The notes under the pieces are model-generated. The model was not told where the DNA came from. It made no database searches and worked only from the letters and a program-made list of their open reading frames with translations. 64,000 bases of DNA from Bacteroidales bacterium (GTDB lineage: Bacteria; Bacteroidota; Bacteroidia; Bacteroidales; WCHB1-69), in assembly GCA_045132235.1 (NCBI GenBank), contig JBGURX010000019.1, forward strand, positions 5,756 to 69,755. Direction: 5' to 3'. This document shows positions 53,857 through 64,000 of this stretch, piece by piece. Each line of letters begins with the position of its first letter. The stretch's first letter is position 1. A program made the position numbers and the translations under genes.

Positions 53857-55308
53857 ATGAAAAAAACACTGTTAACCTTAGTTGCGGCCCTTATCGCAGT
53901 GACCGCCGTCGCACAAAACCCGTGCCCGTTCAAGTATGGCGCCACAGAGGAAGACTCTCTGAAGTGCGCCGAACAAGTCACCCTTTTCCGTACATACTAC
54001 AACCAAAAACAGTATGAAGAGGCTTATGTTCCGTTCCAATACATCGTCAACACCTGCCCCTGCTCATGGAGCGGCACCTTCGTCTATGGCAAGACCATGC
54101 TGGAGAAGATGATCAAAACCGAGCAGGACTCCCTGCGCAGAGAGCGACTCATCGACACCCTGATCTGGTCACAGACTGCATTCAGCACCTACCATCCCAA
54201 CGTATACACCTATGGCAAGGGATTGGGTTGGAAAGCTTATTACACCACCAAATTCCGTTCAAAGGACAAGGAGCTCCTTGACCAAGCCTTTGATGATTTC
54301 GTCACTTCAGTTGAGTTGGAGAAAGAGAACACCCAGCCTGCCGTATGGGAAGCCTACTTCCAGCTGGCCACCTACAAAACCCGCTCAACGAAAGACACCA
54401 CTTACGTGATTGAAGCCTACGAACGCTCCACTGAATACATTGAAGACGCCATCATCTCCAATCAGGAGGCGTATGAAAAGGCTCTCGACAAGTTCGACAC
54501 CCTTGACAGCCAACTCGCCAAGGAACAGATTGGCAAAATGGCATACGACAAAGCGGTAGAGAAACTGGTGAAGGACACCACCGCCCGTATCAACGCCATC
54601 AATGGCTATAAAAAAGTGACCGCCAAACTGGAGAACGGTTTTGCACCCTTCGCCAACGGCCAGATTCTCCTCGCCATCTACGAAAAGAAATTCGAACAGA
54701 ACAAGGATGACATCAAGGCACTCAAGAAGATGCTCGGTATTTTGAGCAAAGACTCCCTCTGCCGCGCCTCACAGATGTACAGCGACATCCTTAAAATCCT
54801 CCACGCAGAAGAACCCAGTGGAAAGGTTGCCTTCTTCCTCGGCGTTCAGGAATTCCAGAAGAAAAACTACAACGAGGCCATCAACTTCTTCAATGAAGCC
54901 ATCCGTTTGTACACCACCAACGAAGAGAAGGCTCAGCCCTACTACTTCATCGCCACTATCGAATCGGTGAGAGGAAGCTTCGCTGCCGCACGTGCCCACG
55001 CACTGGATGCTGCAAGATGCAACCCGAAGTTCGGCCGTCCCTACATCCTGATTGGCGATATGTACCGCAATTCCTACAACCAGTTCACCAACGGTGGCGA
55101 AGGTGTCATTGCAGGTGCCGTCTATTGGGCTGCTGCCGACAAGTACAATAGAGCACAGGCTGTTGACCCCTCACTCGCCAACGAATGCGCCAGAAAACGC
55201 GCCGGCCTCCCGGCCGTCAGCGGCAAGACCCTCGTGGAAAACAACCTCCAGCCCGGCCAGAGCTACCATGTAGGTGGCTGGATTAACGAGAATACCACCG
55301 TACGCTAA
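53857..55308 (+). CDS. TPR-like secreted protein
   Basis: Signal peptide and TPR-like repeats (YEEAY, YNEAINFFNEAIRLY). Confidence 0.65.
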   Translation: MKKTLLTLVAALIAVTAVAQNPCPFKYGATEEDSLKCAEQVTLFRTYYNQKQYEEAYVPFQYIVNTCPCSWSGTFVYGKTMLEKMIKTEQDSLRRERLIDTLIWSQTAFSTYHPNVYTYGKGLGWKAYYTTKFRSKDKELLDQAFDDFVTSVELEKENTQPAVWEAYFQLATYKTRSTKDTTYVIEAYERSTEYIEDAIISNQEAYEKALDKFDTLDSQLAKEQIGKMAYDKAVEKLVKDTTARINAINGYKKVTAKLENGFAPFANGQILLAIYEKKFEQNKDDIKALKKMLGILSKDSLCRASQMYSDILKILHAEEPSGKVAFFLGVQEFQKKNYNEAINFFNEAIRLYTTNEEKAQPYYFIATIESVRGSFAAARAHALDAARCNPKFGRPYILIGDMYRNSYNQFTNGGEGVIAGAVYWAAADKYNRAQAVDPSLANECARKRAGLPAVSGKTLVENNLQPGQSYHVGGWINENTTVR

Positions 55309-55310
55309 CC

Positions 55311-55877
55311 ATGCGTATCATAAAAACATTCATGAAAATCGCCCCCTGCCTCATGGCACTGGGGGTGATTTTTGTTTCATGCAAACAAGAGGAGTTCTCC
55401 AAAGACAAACTCCTCTCCTACCATGGCAAGTATCCCGACGAGTCGGCGGAAGACCTGCACCTCACCTACAGCGACTCGGGACGGCTCAACTTTGAAATCC
55501 GCACCCCCATCCTCAACAAATATTACGGCGACCACACCTATATGGACTGCCCCGAAGGCATCGAAATCATCTCCTACGACATTTTCGGACAACCCGAGGC
55601 CGTCATGCGCGCCGACTATGCCATCAATGCGGAAAGAGACATGCGCATGGAGGCACAGAAAAACGTGGTGATCACCAACCTCAAGAAGGGCGACACCATC
55701 TGGACCGAGAAAATCATCTGGGACAAACGGTTCCGCAGAATATACTCCGACGTGCCCGTACGCCAGACCCGCGCCGACGGCACCGTCTATTACGGCAACG
55801 GCTTCGACGCCGATGAACGGTTCACCCACTACACCGTCCGCAACCCCAGAGGCGAAATCATCGCCGACAACCTCTGA
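55311..55877 (+). CDS. lptC: LPS export system protein LptC-like
   Basis: 188 aa with a lipobox-like VIFVSC. The OstA/LptC-like beta-jellyroll pattern is present (DLHLTYSDSGRLNFEIRTP...NVVITNLKKGDTIWTEKIIWD). Confidence 0.65.
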   Translation: MRIIKTFMKIAPCLMALGVIFVSCKQEEFSKDKLLSYHGKYPDESAEDLHLTYSDSGRLNFEIRTPILNKYYGDHTYMDCPEGIEIISYDIFGQPEAVMRADYAINAERDMRMEAQKNVVITNLKKGDTIWTEKIIWDKRFRRIYSDVPVRQTRADGTVYYGNGFDADERFTHYTVRNPRGEIIADNL

Positions 55878-55990
55878 AAACGGAAAACGGGAAATTGTAG
55901 GGACACACCGCATGCGCCTACATGATTGACAGGCGGAGAATTTTATAAAGAATAAGGGTAAAAAATCGGATATTTTTTCAGAAAATCGTG

Positions 55991-55998
55991 TAAATTTG
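55991..55998 (+). promoter_or_regulatory. Candidate -7 box (TAAATTTG) for panCD
   Basis: It lies 74 nt upstream of the ATG at 56072. Confidence 0.4.
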
Positions 55999-56071
55999 CC
56001 TGCTAAAAATTTTTACAAATAATAATTGTAATTATTTGTAAATCAATTTGTTATACAACAAAAAGTTTACT

Positions 56072-56908
56072 ATGTTGCTGACTGAAACGATATCAGATTT
56101 ACAAAAAATGCTCCAACAGGCGCACAACAGCGGGCAGACAATCGGCTTGGTGCCCACCATGGGAGCCCTGCACGAAGGGCATCTTTCCCTCATCAAACGC
56201 GCTCGCAAAGAAAACGACCTCTGCGTCATTTCCATCTTCGTCAACCCCACACAGTTCAACAATGCGGAGGATTTGGAGAAATATCCCCGCACACTGGAGC
56301 AGGATTTACAGCTGGTGAGCGACTATGTAGATATCGCCTTCGCCCCTTCCGTGGAGGAGGTGTACCGCGTGCCGGCCACCGAGCAATATGATTTCGGTCC
56401 CGTGGCGGAAGTGATGGAAGGTCCCGCGCGCCCCGGCCACTTCAACGGCGTGGGCATCATCGTGAAGCGGCTCTTCGACTGGGTGCAGCCCACCCGCGCC
56501 TACTTCGGCGAGAAGGACTTCCAGCAGATTGCCGTCATCAAAACCCTCGTGCGCCAATGCAACCTGCCCGTGCAGATCGTGCCCTGCCCCATCGTGCGGG
56601 AGGCCAGCGGACTGGCACTCAGCTCCCGCAACCGCCGTCTCACCGAAGAGGAACGCGCCACCTCCGCCAACATCTACCGCATCCTCAAAGCCTCCACGCA
56701 ACTCAAAACCACCAACACCGAAGAAATTCGCCAGTTTGTGGTAAAAGAAATAGAAAAATACGACCTTTTCAAAATAGAATATTACGAAATTGTAGATGAT
56801 GAAACCCTCCAGCCCGTCGCCGACCTCAACGACAGCAACGGTGTGGTGGGATGCATCACCGTGTGGGCCAACAACGTGCGGCTCATCGACAACATCCGAT
56901 ACAAATAA
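56072..56908 (+). CDS. panC: Pantoate--beta-alanine ligase
   Basis: GLVPTMGALHEGHLSLI, SIFVNPTQF, GEKDFQQ. I chose the ATG at 56072; the start at 56048 given in the ORF track is TTG. Confidence 0.9.
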   Translation: MLLTETISDLQKMLQQAHNSGQTIGLVPTMGALHEGHLSLIKRARKENDLCVISIFVNPTQFNNAEDLEKYPRTLEQDLQLVSDYVDIAFAPSVEEVYRVPATEQYDFGPVAEVMEGPARPGHFNGVGIIVKRLFDWVQPTRAYFGEKDFQQIAVIKTLVRQCNLPVQIVPCPIVREASGLALSSRNRRLTEEERATSANIYRILKASTQLKTTNTEEIRQFVVKEIEKYDLFKIEYYEIVDDETLQPVADLNDSNGVVGCITVWANNVRLIDNIRYK

Positions 56909-56938
56909 CATTCCGCAAAAAATTAAAGCACTGTCAAT

Positions 56939-57283
56939 ATGCAAATTGAAGTCTTAAAATCCAAAATCCACCGCGTAACAGTCACCGAAGCCGACATCAA
57001 CTATGTGGGCAGCATCACCATCGATGAGACCCTGATGGAGGCGGCCAACCTGATTGAAAACGAGAAAGTTCAGGTGCTCGACATGAACAACGGAGAACGC
57101 TTCGAGACCTACGTCATCAAAGGGAAAAAGGACTCCGGGGTCATCTGCCTCAACGGTCCGGCAGCCCGAAAAGTGCTGGTCGGCGACATCGTGGTCATCA
57201 TCTCCTACTGCACCATGGATTTCGAAGAAGCCAAAACCTTCAAACCCACCGTCATATTTCCCGAGAACAACCGAGTGAAGTGA
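56939..57283 (+). CDS. panD: Aspartate 1-decarboxylase
   Basis: [24 protein letters not shown], including the self-processing GS site. Confidence 0.92.
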   Translation: MQIEVLKSKIHRVTVTEADINYVGSITIDETLMEAANLIENEKVQVLDMNNGERFETYVIKGKKDSGVICLNGPAARKVLVGDIVVIISYCTMDFEEAKTFKPTVIFPENNRVK

Positions 57284-57284
57284 G

Positions 57285-57370
57285 GAGTTTAGAGTTTAAA
57301 GTTTAAAGTTTAGAGTTAAAAGTTAAGTATTTGATTAATTGTAAATTGTTCATTGTTAATTGTAAATTGA
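57285..57370. repeat. Low-complexity intergenic repeats: six 7 nt units, then a duplicated 14-mer
   Basis: GAGTTTA GAGTTTA AAGTTTA AAGTTTA GAGTTAA AAGTTAA (57285-57326). TTAATTGTAAATTG occurs at 57337-57350 and again at 57357-57370. Confidence 0.85.
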
Positions 57371-57376
57371 AATAAA

Positions 57377-58126
57377 ATGCATAGATTAGTATTGATTCGC
57401 CACGGCGAAAGTGAATGGAACAAGGCCAACCTTTTTACGGGATGGACCGACGTGGATCTTTCCGAAAAAGGATTGCAGGAGGCCGCAGAGGCCGGTATCG
57501 CACTGAAAGAGGCCGGTTTCCAGTTTGAATATGCTTATACCTCATTTCTGAAACGCGCCATCAAAACCCTCAACATTGTGTTGGAAAAGATGGATCAATT
57601 GTGGATTCCTGTGGAGAAAAGCTGGCGCTTGAATGAAAAGCATTACGGTGCCCTCCAAGGCTTCAACAAAGCCGAGATGACCGAGAAATACGGTCCCGAG
57701 AAAATCAAACAGTGGAGAAGAAGCTATGACATCCGTCCGGAGAGCCTGACCGACGACGACGAGCGCAACCCCGCCCTCGACCCGCGCTACAAGAACATCG
57801 ACGACCCGATGGCCAAACCGCACACCGAAGCGCTTTGCGACACCATCGCCCGCATCATCCCCTACTGGGAGAACGTGATTCTTCCCAAAGTGAAGAGCTC
57901 CAACGACATCATCATCGCCGCCCACGGCAACAGTCTGCGCGGCATCATCAAGGTGCTCAAGAACATCTCCGACGAAGACATCATTGGTCTGAACCTGCCC
58001 ACCGGCATCCCGTACGTCTTCGAGTTCGACGACAACATGCAGCTTCAGAAAGACTACTTCCTCGCTGATGAGGAGAAAGTGAAAGCGCTGATGGACGCGG
58101 TCGCCAACCAGGGCAACAAAAAATAA
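57377..58126 (+). CDS. gpmA: 2,3-bisphosphoglycerate-dependent phosphoglycerate mutase
   Basis: [35 protein letters not shown]. Confidence 0.93.
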   Translation: MHRLVLIRHGESEWNKANLFTGWTDVDLSEKGLQEAAEAGIALKEAGFQFEYAYTSFLKRAIKTLNIVLEKMDQLWIPVEKSWRLNEKHYGALQGFNKAEMTEKYGPEKIKQWRRSYDIRPESLTDDDERNPALDPRYKNIDDPMAKPHTEALCDTIARIIPYWENVILPKVKSSNDIIIAAHGNSLRGIIKVLKNISDEDIIGLNLPTGIPYVFEFDDNMQLQKDYFLADEEKVKALMDAVANQGNKK

Positions 58127-58163
58127 TTCATCCTTTATAAAGAAAAACGAAAAACAACATACA

Positions 58164-59987
58164 GTGCAGAAAATCAAAAACATAGCTATCATCGCCCACG
58201 TTGACCACGGCAAGACCACCCTCGTGGATCGCTTCCTTTACCAAAGCAACCTGTTCCGCAAGGACCAGCAGCAGCAGGAGTTGTTGCTCGACAACAACGA
58301 CCTCGAGCGAGAACGCGGCATCACCATCTTGTCGAAGAACGTGTCGGTGCGATACAAGGATTATAAGATCAACATCATCGACACCCCCGGTCACAGCGAC
58401 TTCGGCGGTGAGGTGGAGCGTGTGCTGAACATGGCCGACGGCGTGCTGCTGATTGTGGATGCGCTGGAAGGCCCCATGCCGCAGACGCGCTTCGTGTGCC
58501 AGAAGGCCATCGAAATGGGACTGAAGCCCATCGTGGTCATCAACAAGGTGGACAAGCCCAACTGCAATCCCGAATTGGCGCAAGAAGCTGTGTTTGAGCT
58601 GATGTTCAACCTCGGTGCCACCGACGACCAGCTCGACTTCCCCACCGTTTACGGTTCGGCCAAGCAGGGCTGGATGGGTCCCGACTGGAGAACGCCCACC
58701 GAAGATGTGAGCTATCTTTTAGAGAAAATCATTGAGGTAATTCCCGACCCGAAAGTGGAGGAGGGCAACCTTCAGATGATGATTTCCTCGTTGGATTACT
58801 CCTCCTACGTAGGACGTATCGCCATCGGAAAACTGAAAAGAGGCACTTTGGACTGGGGACAGAACGTCACCCTCGTGAAGCGTGACGGAACCCATATCCA
58901 ATCCAAAATCAAGGAGTTATATGTTTTTGAAGGATTGGGAAAAGAGAAGATGAAACAGACCATCTACCCAGGTGAAATCTGCGCCGTGTTGGGTCTGGAC
59001 AACTTCGACATCGGTGACACCATTGCCGACTTTGAGAACCCGGAGCCGCTTCCGCCCATTAAGGTGGACGAGCCGACCATGAGCATGCTGTTCACCATCA
59101 ACAACTCACCTTTCTTCGGAAAAGAGGGTAAATATGTAACTTCCAGACATTTGCGTGACCGCTTGTTTTTGGAACTCGAAAAGAACCTCGCCCTCCGCGT
59201 GGAGGAGACCGACTCACCGGACCGACTGACTGTATTCGGCCGCGGCATCCTGCACCTGTCGGTGCTCATCGAGACCATGCGTCGCGAAGGCTACGAGCTG
59301 CAAGTAGGTCAGCCGCAGGTAATTATCAAGGAAATTGACGGTGTAAAATGCGAGCCTGTGGAGCAGCTGACCGTGCTGGTACCCGAAGAGTTCTCCAGCC
59401 GTGTCATCGACTATGTTTCCAGAAGAAAAGGCACCATGACCTCGATGGATACCGTCGGCGACCGCATCCACCTCAACTTTGAGATTCCGTCGCGCGGTAT
59501 CATCGGTCTGCGCAACCAGGTGCTCACCGCCACCGAAGGCGAGGCCATCATGTCGCACCGTTTCCTCGAATACCAGCCGTGGAAGGGAGAGATTCCGGGC
59601 CGTCACTGCGGTGCGCTCATCTCCATGGAGACCGGACAGTCGTTCCCGTATGCCATCAACAAGCTGCAGGACCGCGGTTCCTTCTTCATCGAACCCAACG
59701 ACATGGTGTATGAGGGTCAGGTCATCGGCGAGCACATCCGTCAGGACGACTTGGTCATCAACGTGTGCAAGTCGAAGCAGCTCAGCAACATGCGCGCAGC
59801 CGGTTCGGACGAGAAGATGCGCATCGCGCCTGCCGTGAAGCTCTCGTTGGAAGAGTACATGGAGTTCATCGCCAACGATGAATACTTGGAGGTAACGCCC
59901 AAGTCGTTGAGAGTGAGAAAAATCATCTTGAACGAAATCGAACGCAAGCGTGCCCGCCAGCGTGCTGAAGCTGCCAACGAAGAATAA
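58164..59987 (+). CDS. typA: Translational GTPase TypA/BipA
   Basis: [34 protein letters not shown]; 607 aa. Confidence 0.93.
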   Translation: MQKIKNIAIIAHVDHGKTTLVDRFLYQSNLFRKDQQQQELLLDNNDLERERGITILSKNVSVRYKDYKINIIDTPGHSDFGGEVERVLNMADGVLLIVDALEGPMPQTRFVCQKAIEMGLKPIVVINKVDKPNCNPELAQEAVFELMFNLGATDDQLDFPTVYGSAKQGWMGPDWRTPTEDVSYLLEKIIEVIPDPKVEEGNLQMMISSLDYSSYVGRIAIGKLKRGTLDWGQNVTLVKRDGTHIQSKIKELYVFEGLGKEKMKQTIYPGEICAVLGLDNFDIGDTIADFENPEPLPPIKVDEPTMSMLFTINNSPFFGKEGKYVTSRHLRDRLFLELEKNLALRVEETDSPDRLTVFGRGILHLSVLIETMRREGYELQVGQPQVIIKEIDGVKCEPVEQLTVLVPEEFSSRVIDYVSRRKGTMTSMDTVGDRIHLNFEIPSRGIIGLRNQVLTATEGEAIMSHRFLEYQPWKGEIPGRHCGALISMETGQSFPYAINKLQDRGSFFIEPNDMVYEGQVIGEHIRQDDLVINVCKSKQLSNMRAAGSDEKMRIAPAVKLSLEEYMEFIANDEYLEVTPKSLRVRKIILNEIERKRARQRAEAANEE

Positions 59988-60015
59988 ACGTTGCAAGAAT
60001 ACAAAACCATTGACC

Positions 60016-60960
60016 ATGAGCAACGAAACCAAACCCTACGCCATTGGCATCGACATGGGCGGCACCAACACCGACATCGGGCTGGTGGACCGCGACGGTC
60101 ACTGCTTGGCGCGCAAGAACCTGCCGATGGGCTGTTACACGGAAATCGGGGCGTATGTAACCGACGTAGCCGCAGCGATTCAGCAGTTAGTGGCCGATAA
60201 GCATATTACTTTCAGCGAGATAGCAGGAGCCGGCATCGGGGCGCCAAACGGCAACTTCTTCACCGGCTGCATCGAGCACGCCTCCAACCTCGCCTTCACG
60301 GGGGTGGTTCCGTTGGCGAAACTGTTGGGCGAGCAGCTGCCAGTACCGGTAGCGTTGACCAACGATGCCAACGCGGCGGCCTTGGGCGAAAAGGTGTATG
60401 GCGGTGCCCGCAACATGAATGACTTCATCGTCATCACGCTCGGCACGGGCGTGGGCAGCGGCATCTTCGCCGACGGCAAGTTGGTGTATGGCCACGACGG
60501 TTTTGGCGGTGAGGTGGGACACACCATCCTGCACCCCGGCGGTCGGTTGTGCACCTGCGGCCGGAAGGGCTGTTTGGAAGAGTACGCCTCGGCACGCGGT
60601 ATCATTCAGAATTACAGAGAGGTATGTGAAGAAAACCGACGCGAAGCCTATATCGAAGCCGACTGCCGCTGGCTGACCGAAGCCGCCGACAACGGCGACA
60701 TGATGGCCATCCGCGCATGGGAGGTCACCGCATGGCACCTCGGCATCGGCATCGCCAACGCCGCCACCACACTGGCTCCCGAAGCCATCTTCCTGATGGG
60801 CGGCATCATCAACGCGGGACGCTGGCTTTTCGACCCGCTGCGCGCGATTTTCAACGAGCACCTGCTCTGCATGCAGCGCGGCAAAATCGCCATCCTTCCC
60901 ACCCAACTCAACGCCAACGACGCCGCCATCCTCGGTGCCGCCGCCTTAGTGCAATTGTAG
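60016..60960 (+). CDS. ROK family sugar kinase
   Basis: Start MSNETKPYAIGIDMGGTNTD. The ROK signature GGEVGHTILHPGGRLCTCGRKGCLEEYAS is present. Confidence 0.85.
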   Translation: MSNETKPYAIGIDMGGTNTDIGLVDRDGHCLARKNLPMGCYTEIGAYVTDVAAAIQQLVADKHITFSEIAGAGIGAPNGNFFTGCIEHASNLAFTGVVPLAKLLGEQLPVPVALTNDANAAALGEKVYGGARNMNDFIVITLGTGVGSGIFADGKLVYGHDGFGGEVGHTILHPGGRLCTCGRKGCLEEYASARGIIQNYREVCEENRREAYIEADCRWLTEAADNGDMMAIRAWEVTAWHLGIGIANAATTLAPEAIFLMGGIINAGRWLFDPLRAIFNEHLLCMQRGKIAILPTQLNANDAAILGAAALVQL

Positions 60961-60963
60961 CCC

Positions 60964-62280
60964 ATGGATTGGAAACGACTTCTCACCACAGAGCGCATCC
61001 GCCCGTCGCAGCGACAGAACGATGCCCGCAACGCCTTTGAAAGCGATTTCGGCAGAATCATCTTCAGTCCGGCCACGCGCCGCATGCACGCCAAGACGCA
61101 GGTGTTTCCGCTGACCGAAGACGACAATATCCACTCGCGCCTCACCCACTCACTAGAGGTGATGTCGGTAGGCCATTCGTTCAGCATCCGCTGCTGCGAA
61201 AGTCCTGTCATACAGCAACGTGCGCAGTGCGACAGCATGGAACTGTTCCGCAAAATCACCCTCATTTTAGAAAATGCCTGCTTGATTCACGACATCGGCA
61301 ATCCGCCGTTCGGCCATTTCGGGGAGACCGTGATACAGGACTACTTCAAGGCATTTTTCAGCCGTCCGGATGTGCCGTTGCAGCTCACCGAAGATGAGCA
61401 GCGCGACTTCACCCATTTCGATGGCAATGCGCAGGGGCTGCGCGTGCTCACCAAACTGCAGAGTGTAAACGACTGCTACGGGTTGAACCTCACCTGCCCC
61501 ACGTTGGCCGCCTGCATCAAGTACCCCAACTTCGGCGAGGTGGACAAGCGCCGTATCGAGAGCAAAAAGGTGGGGGTATTTCAATCGGAAAAAGCTTATT
61601 TACAGAATATTGCAGAGAAATGCGGATTGGTGGTAGAGGGTCGCATCGTGCGCCATCCGCTCTGTTATCTGGTGGAGGCGGCCGACTCCATCTGCTACCT
61701 CACCATGGATTTGGAAGACGGTTTCAACAAAAAGCTGTACACCCTCGACATGCTGCGAGAGGCCATCGGGCAGGATTTTCCGCAGATTGACGACCTTTTA
61801 AACGACGACATCCCCGACAAAGCGAAAATCACCAACATTCGCAATTCACTGATTACCATATTAGTAGAGAAAGCCTTCCGCAATTTTGAAAATCATATTG
61901 AAGAAATAGAAGCGGGGAATTACAACCGCGAGCTCATCTTTTCCGACTCACCATTGGCCGACCATTTGCAGAAATTCTGCATCGAAAACATCTTCTCCAT
62001 CAAAAGCATCTATGAATTGGAGATGCTGGGGGACAATGTGTTGCGCGGACTTTTAGACTTTTTCACCTCAGCATTATACATCAAAGGAAAAGAATACAGG
62101 AAGAGAGCGCTTAAATTATTGTCGGAAAGCATTTTAGAAGTTACCTTAAAAGAATGCGGGGTGAACAGTTTCGAGGAGCTACCCGACTATTACAAGCTGC
62201 GGGGGCTGCTTGACCACCTGACGGGCATGACCGACCGCTATGCGCTGAAAGTCTATCGTAAAATTTCGGGGATGAATTAA
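60964..62280 (+). CDS. dgt: dNTP triphosphohydrolase (dGTPase family)
   Basis: FESDFGRIIFSPATRRMHAKTQVF, HSRLTHSLEV, HDIGNPPFGH (HD domain). Confidence 0.88.
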   Translation: MDWKRLLTTERIRPSQRQNDARNAFESDFGRIIFSPATRRMHAKTQVFPLTEDDNIHSRLTHSLEVMSVGHSFSIRCCESPVIQQRAQCDSMELFRKITLILENACLIHDIGNPPFGHFGETVIQDYFKAFFSRPDVPLQLTEDEQRDFTHFDGNAQGLRVLTKLQSVNDCYGLNLTCPTLAACIKYPNFGEVDKRRIESKKVGVFQSEKAYLQNIAEKCGLVVEGRIVRHPLCYLVEAADSICYLTMDLEDGFNKKLYTLDMLREAIGQDFPQIDDLLNDDIPDKAKITNIRNSLITILVEKAFRNFENHIEEIEAGNYNRELIFSDSPLADHLQKFCIENIFSIKSIYELEMLGDNVLRGLLDFFTSALYIKGKEYRKRALKLLSESILEVTLKECGVNSFEELPDYYKLRGLLDHLTGMTDRYALKVYRKISGMN

Positions 62281-62312
62281 GTTCAGGCTGCGGTGCGTTT
62301 GAAGATTTATTG

Positions 62313-62320
62313 TACCTTTG
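62313..62320 (+). promoter_or_regulatory. Candidate -7 box (TACCTTTG)
   Basis: It lies 27 nt upstream of the ATG at 62347. Confidence 0.5.
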
Positions 62321-62346
62321 CAAACTGAAAAATTCTACACCTTATC

Positions 62347-63249
62347 ATGCAGCAAAATGTCCTCGTAACAGGTGCTAACGGTCAGTTAGGCAAGAGTTTG
62401 CAAGACCTTGCGCCTCAATATTCTGAAGATTTCCGCTTCATCTTCACCGATGTGGCGGAGTTGGACATCACGCAGCCCGATGCGATACGGGAGATGGTGC
62501 AGCACGAGCGGGTGGATTTTATCATTAATGCAGCGGCCTACACGGCGGTTGACAAGGCCGAAAGTGACGAGGCGATGGCCTACCTGCTAAACGAGAAGGC
62601 AGTGGGCAACCTGGCGGAAGCGGCCAAGGAGGCGGGGGCGATGCTCCTGCACATTTCCACCGACTATGTATTTGATGGAAAAAGCGAAACACCCTACCCT
62701 ACTGATGCAACCCCGAATCCGCTTTCGGTATATGGGAAATCGAAATGGGCGGGCGAGCAGGCCATTCTGCGCAGCGGTTGCAAAGCGGTAATCGTGCGCA
62801 CGGCGTGGCTGTATTCTCCTTACGGCAACAACTTCGTGAAGACCATGCTGCGGTTGGCCACCACGAAGGAAAGCATCGGCGTGGTGAGCGACCAGATTGG
62901 TTGTCCCACCTTGGCTGCCGACCTTGCCGGACTGCTCATCCGCATTCTGCAACACTCTGACCATCTGCAAGGTGTGTCGATATATCATTTTGCCAACCAA
63001 GGAAAAATCTCGTGGTACGACTTCGCCTGCGAGATCATGCGGTTGGCTGAAAAACAGATGGGGAAAAGCTGTAAAGTCAATCCCATCACCACGGCTGAAT
63101 ATCCCACTGCCGCCACACGGCCAAACTTTTCGCTCTTCGACCTGTCGAAAACAACCAAAGACTTCAACCTTGACATTCCCGACTGGAAGGAGAGCCTTGA
63201 AAAAGCCTTCCCGCAAATCTGCCACAACTTCCTGAACGACATTCGATAA
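62347..63249 (+). CDS. rfbD: dTDP-4-dehydrorhamnose reductase
   Basis: VLVTGANGQLG, AAYTAVDKAE, STDYVFDG, YGKSKWAGE. Confidence 0.9.
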   Translation: MQQNVLVTGANGQLGKSLQDLAPQYSEDFRFIFTDVAELDITQPDAIREMVQHERVDFIINAAAYTAVDKAESDEAMAYLLNEKAVGNLAEAAKEAGAMLLHISTDYVFDGKSETPYPTDATPNPLSVYGKSKWAGEQAILRSGCKAVIVRTAWLYSPYGNNFVKTMLRLATTKESIGVVSDQIGCPTLAADLAGLLIRILQHSDHLQGVSIYHFANQGKISWYDFACEIMRLAEKQMGKSCKVNPITTAEYPTAATRPNFSLFDLSKTTKDFNLDIPDWKESLEKAFPQICHNFLNDIR

Positions 63250-63267
63250 CCTTCAAAAAGTAAAGTT

Positions 63268-63909
63268 ATGAAAAAGATTATCGTCATCCTGATCATGCTG
63301 AGCCTCACGGTGGCGGGCGTTGCCCAAAAGACCGACGGCGGTGCCAACGAAATCATGAAAGAGCTGGACAGCAAATACAAAGGTTTCACCACCATGAAAA
63401 TCAACTACACCTACAAGGCCGAAAAGGAGAAAAAGAACTTGGCGGCCCTGACCGGTGTGGCGCTCATCAAGGGCGACAAATACTACATCACCTTCGACGA
63501 CCAAGTGTTTTATTGCGATGGCACCACGATGTGGAATTACCAAAAATCCACCAATGAGGTTTCGATATATGACTATGAGGAGAGCGACGACGACGCCTTG
63601 AATCCGGCCAAGATGCTGGCCACGTGGTCGAAAGAGTTCACCGCCAAGTTTATACGGGAAGATAACGAAAAGAACCGGACCGTGCAAATCATCGACCTTA
63701 CGCCGAAAAAAGGACAATCCTATTACAAAATCAGGATTGTGGTGGACAAAGGGAAGAAAGAGATTGTGCGCACCTCCATCTATGAAAAAGACAACACCAT
63801 TTATACCTACTACTTCGACACCTTCACCCCCAATGCCACCATTGACGACAGCACTTTCAAGTTCAATGCCAGCAAATTCCCGGGAGTGGAGGTCAATGAT
63901 ATGAGATAA
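63268..63909 (+). CDS. LolA-like outer membrane lipoprotein carrier protein
   Basis: Signal peptide and the pattern GDKYYITFDDQVFYCDGTTMWNYQKSTNEVSIY. Confidence 0.7.
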   Translation: MKKIIVILIMLSLTVAGVAQKTDGGANEIMKELDSKYKGFTTMKINYTYKAEKEKKNLAALTGVALIKGDKYYITFDDQVFYCDGTTMWNYQKSTNEVSIYDYEESDDDALNPAKMLATWSKEFTAKFIREDNEKNRTVQIIDLTPKKGQSYYKIRIVVDKGKKEIVRTSIYEKDNTIYTYYFDTFTPNATIDDSTFKFNASKFPGVEVNDMR

Positions 63910-63910
63910 C

Positions 63911-64000
63911 ATGCGAAAACTTCTGTTCCCCATCCTTCTTCTTGGCCTTCTCTTGAGCGCGTGCAACCCGTCGAAGCACCTGTCGGACGGCGAGTACATG
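63911..64000 (+). CDS. Hypothetical lipoprotein, N-terminal fragment (runs off the window)
   Basis: MRKLLFPILLLGLLLSACNPSKHLSDGEYM has a lipobox (LLSAC). Only 30 codons are visible. Confidence 0.45.
   Translation, partial: MRKLLFPILLLGLLLSACNPSKHLSDGEYM

Noticed and set aside
55878-56071. Possible riboswitch or leader upstream of panC, including the small hairpin TGTAGG...CCTACA near 55897-55925.
   Set aside because: I know of no riboswitch class for panC. The hairpin is only 6 bp, and the rest is AT-rich promoter DNA with a -7 box.

Overview
This 64 kb window looks like a chromosomal segment from a fairly GC-rich member of the Bacteroidales (Bacteroidota). Three things support that: TAnnTTTG -7 promoter boxes sit in front of most genes, several secreted proteins end in type IX secretion (T9SS) C-terminal sorting domains, and a PorX-type response regulator is present. 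I cannot name a species from the sequence alone.

Most of the window is housekeeping:
- Translation and RNA: tRNA-Thr/tuf/tRNA-Trp unit, tRNA-Val, rpmG plus a DUF4295 gene, queA, tsaC, typA.
- Replication, transcription and envelope: rpoD, ruvC, murF, pssA, lptC, a LolA-like protein, rfbD.
- Metabolism: panC, panD, coaX, gpmA, lpdA, dgt, a ROK kinase, a phosphohexomutase.
- Secreted proteins: two paralogous S8 peptidases, a CotH-like protein, M1 and M20 peptidases, beta-barrel and TPR proteins.

Many long ORFs in the supplied track are antisense shadows of these GC-rich genes, and I did not call them.

Four visibly AT-rich islets interrupt this backbone:
1. 700-1540 holds a single small gene of unknown function.
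2. 20669-23867 lies next to tRNA-Val. It carries two orphan Rhs C-terminal toxin/immunity cassettes. Both toxins have HExxH motifs, and one is broken by two frameshifts.
3. 29091-30500 holds a PIN toxin/antitoxin pair and a lipocalin-like lipoprotein.
4. 43100-44540 holds a lone UDG-superfamily-like gene followed by about 790 bp with no credible ORF but many hairpins.

Other points worth a second look:
- A roughly 95 nt two-hairpin element occurs twice in opposite orientations.
- A perfect 14 bp inverted repeat brackets a small DUF6150-type gene.
- A 184 aa protein looks like a cut-down MreB/actin fold with its nucleotide-binding glycine motifs replaced.
- A DUF3127 protein has an SSB-like architecture ending in DLPF.

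I found no CRISPR array, rRNA, transposase or integrase. I see no single unambiguous novel multi-gene system. The Rhs island and the 42.5-44.5 kb region are the best candidates. All family assignments come from motif recognition by eye, not from database searches.
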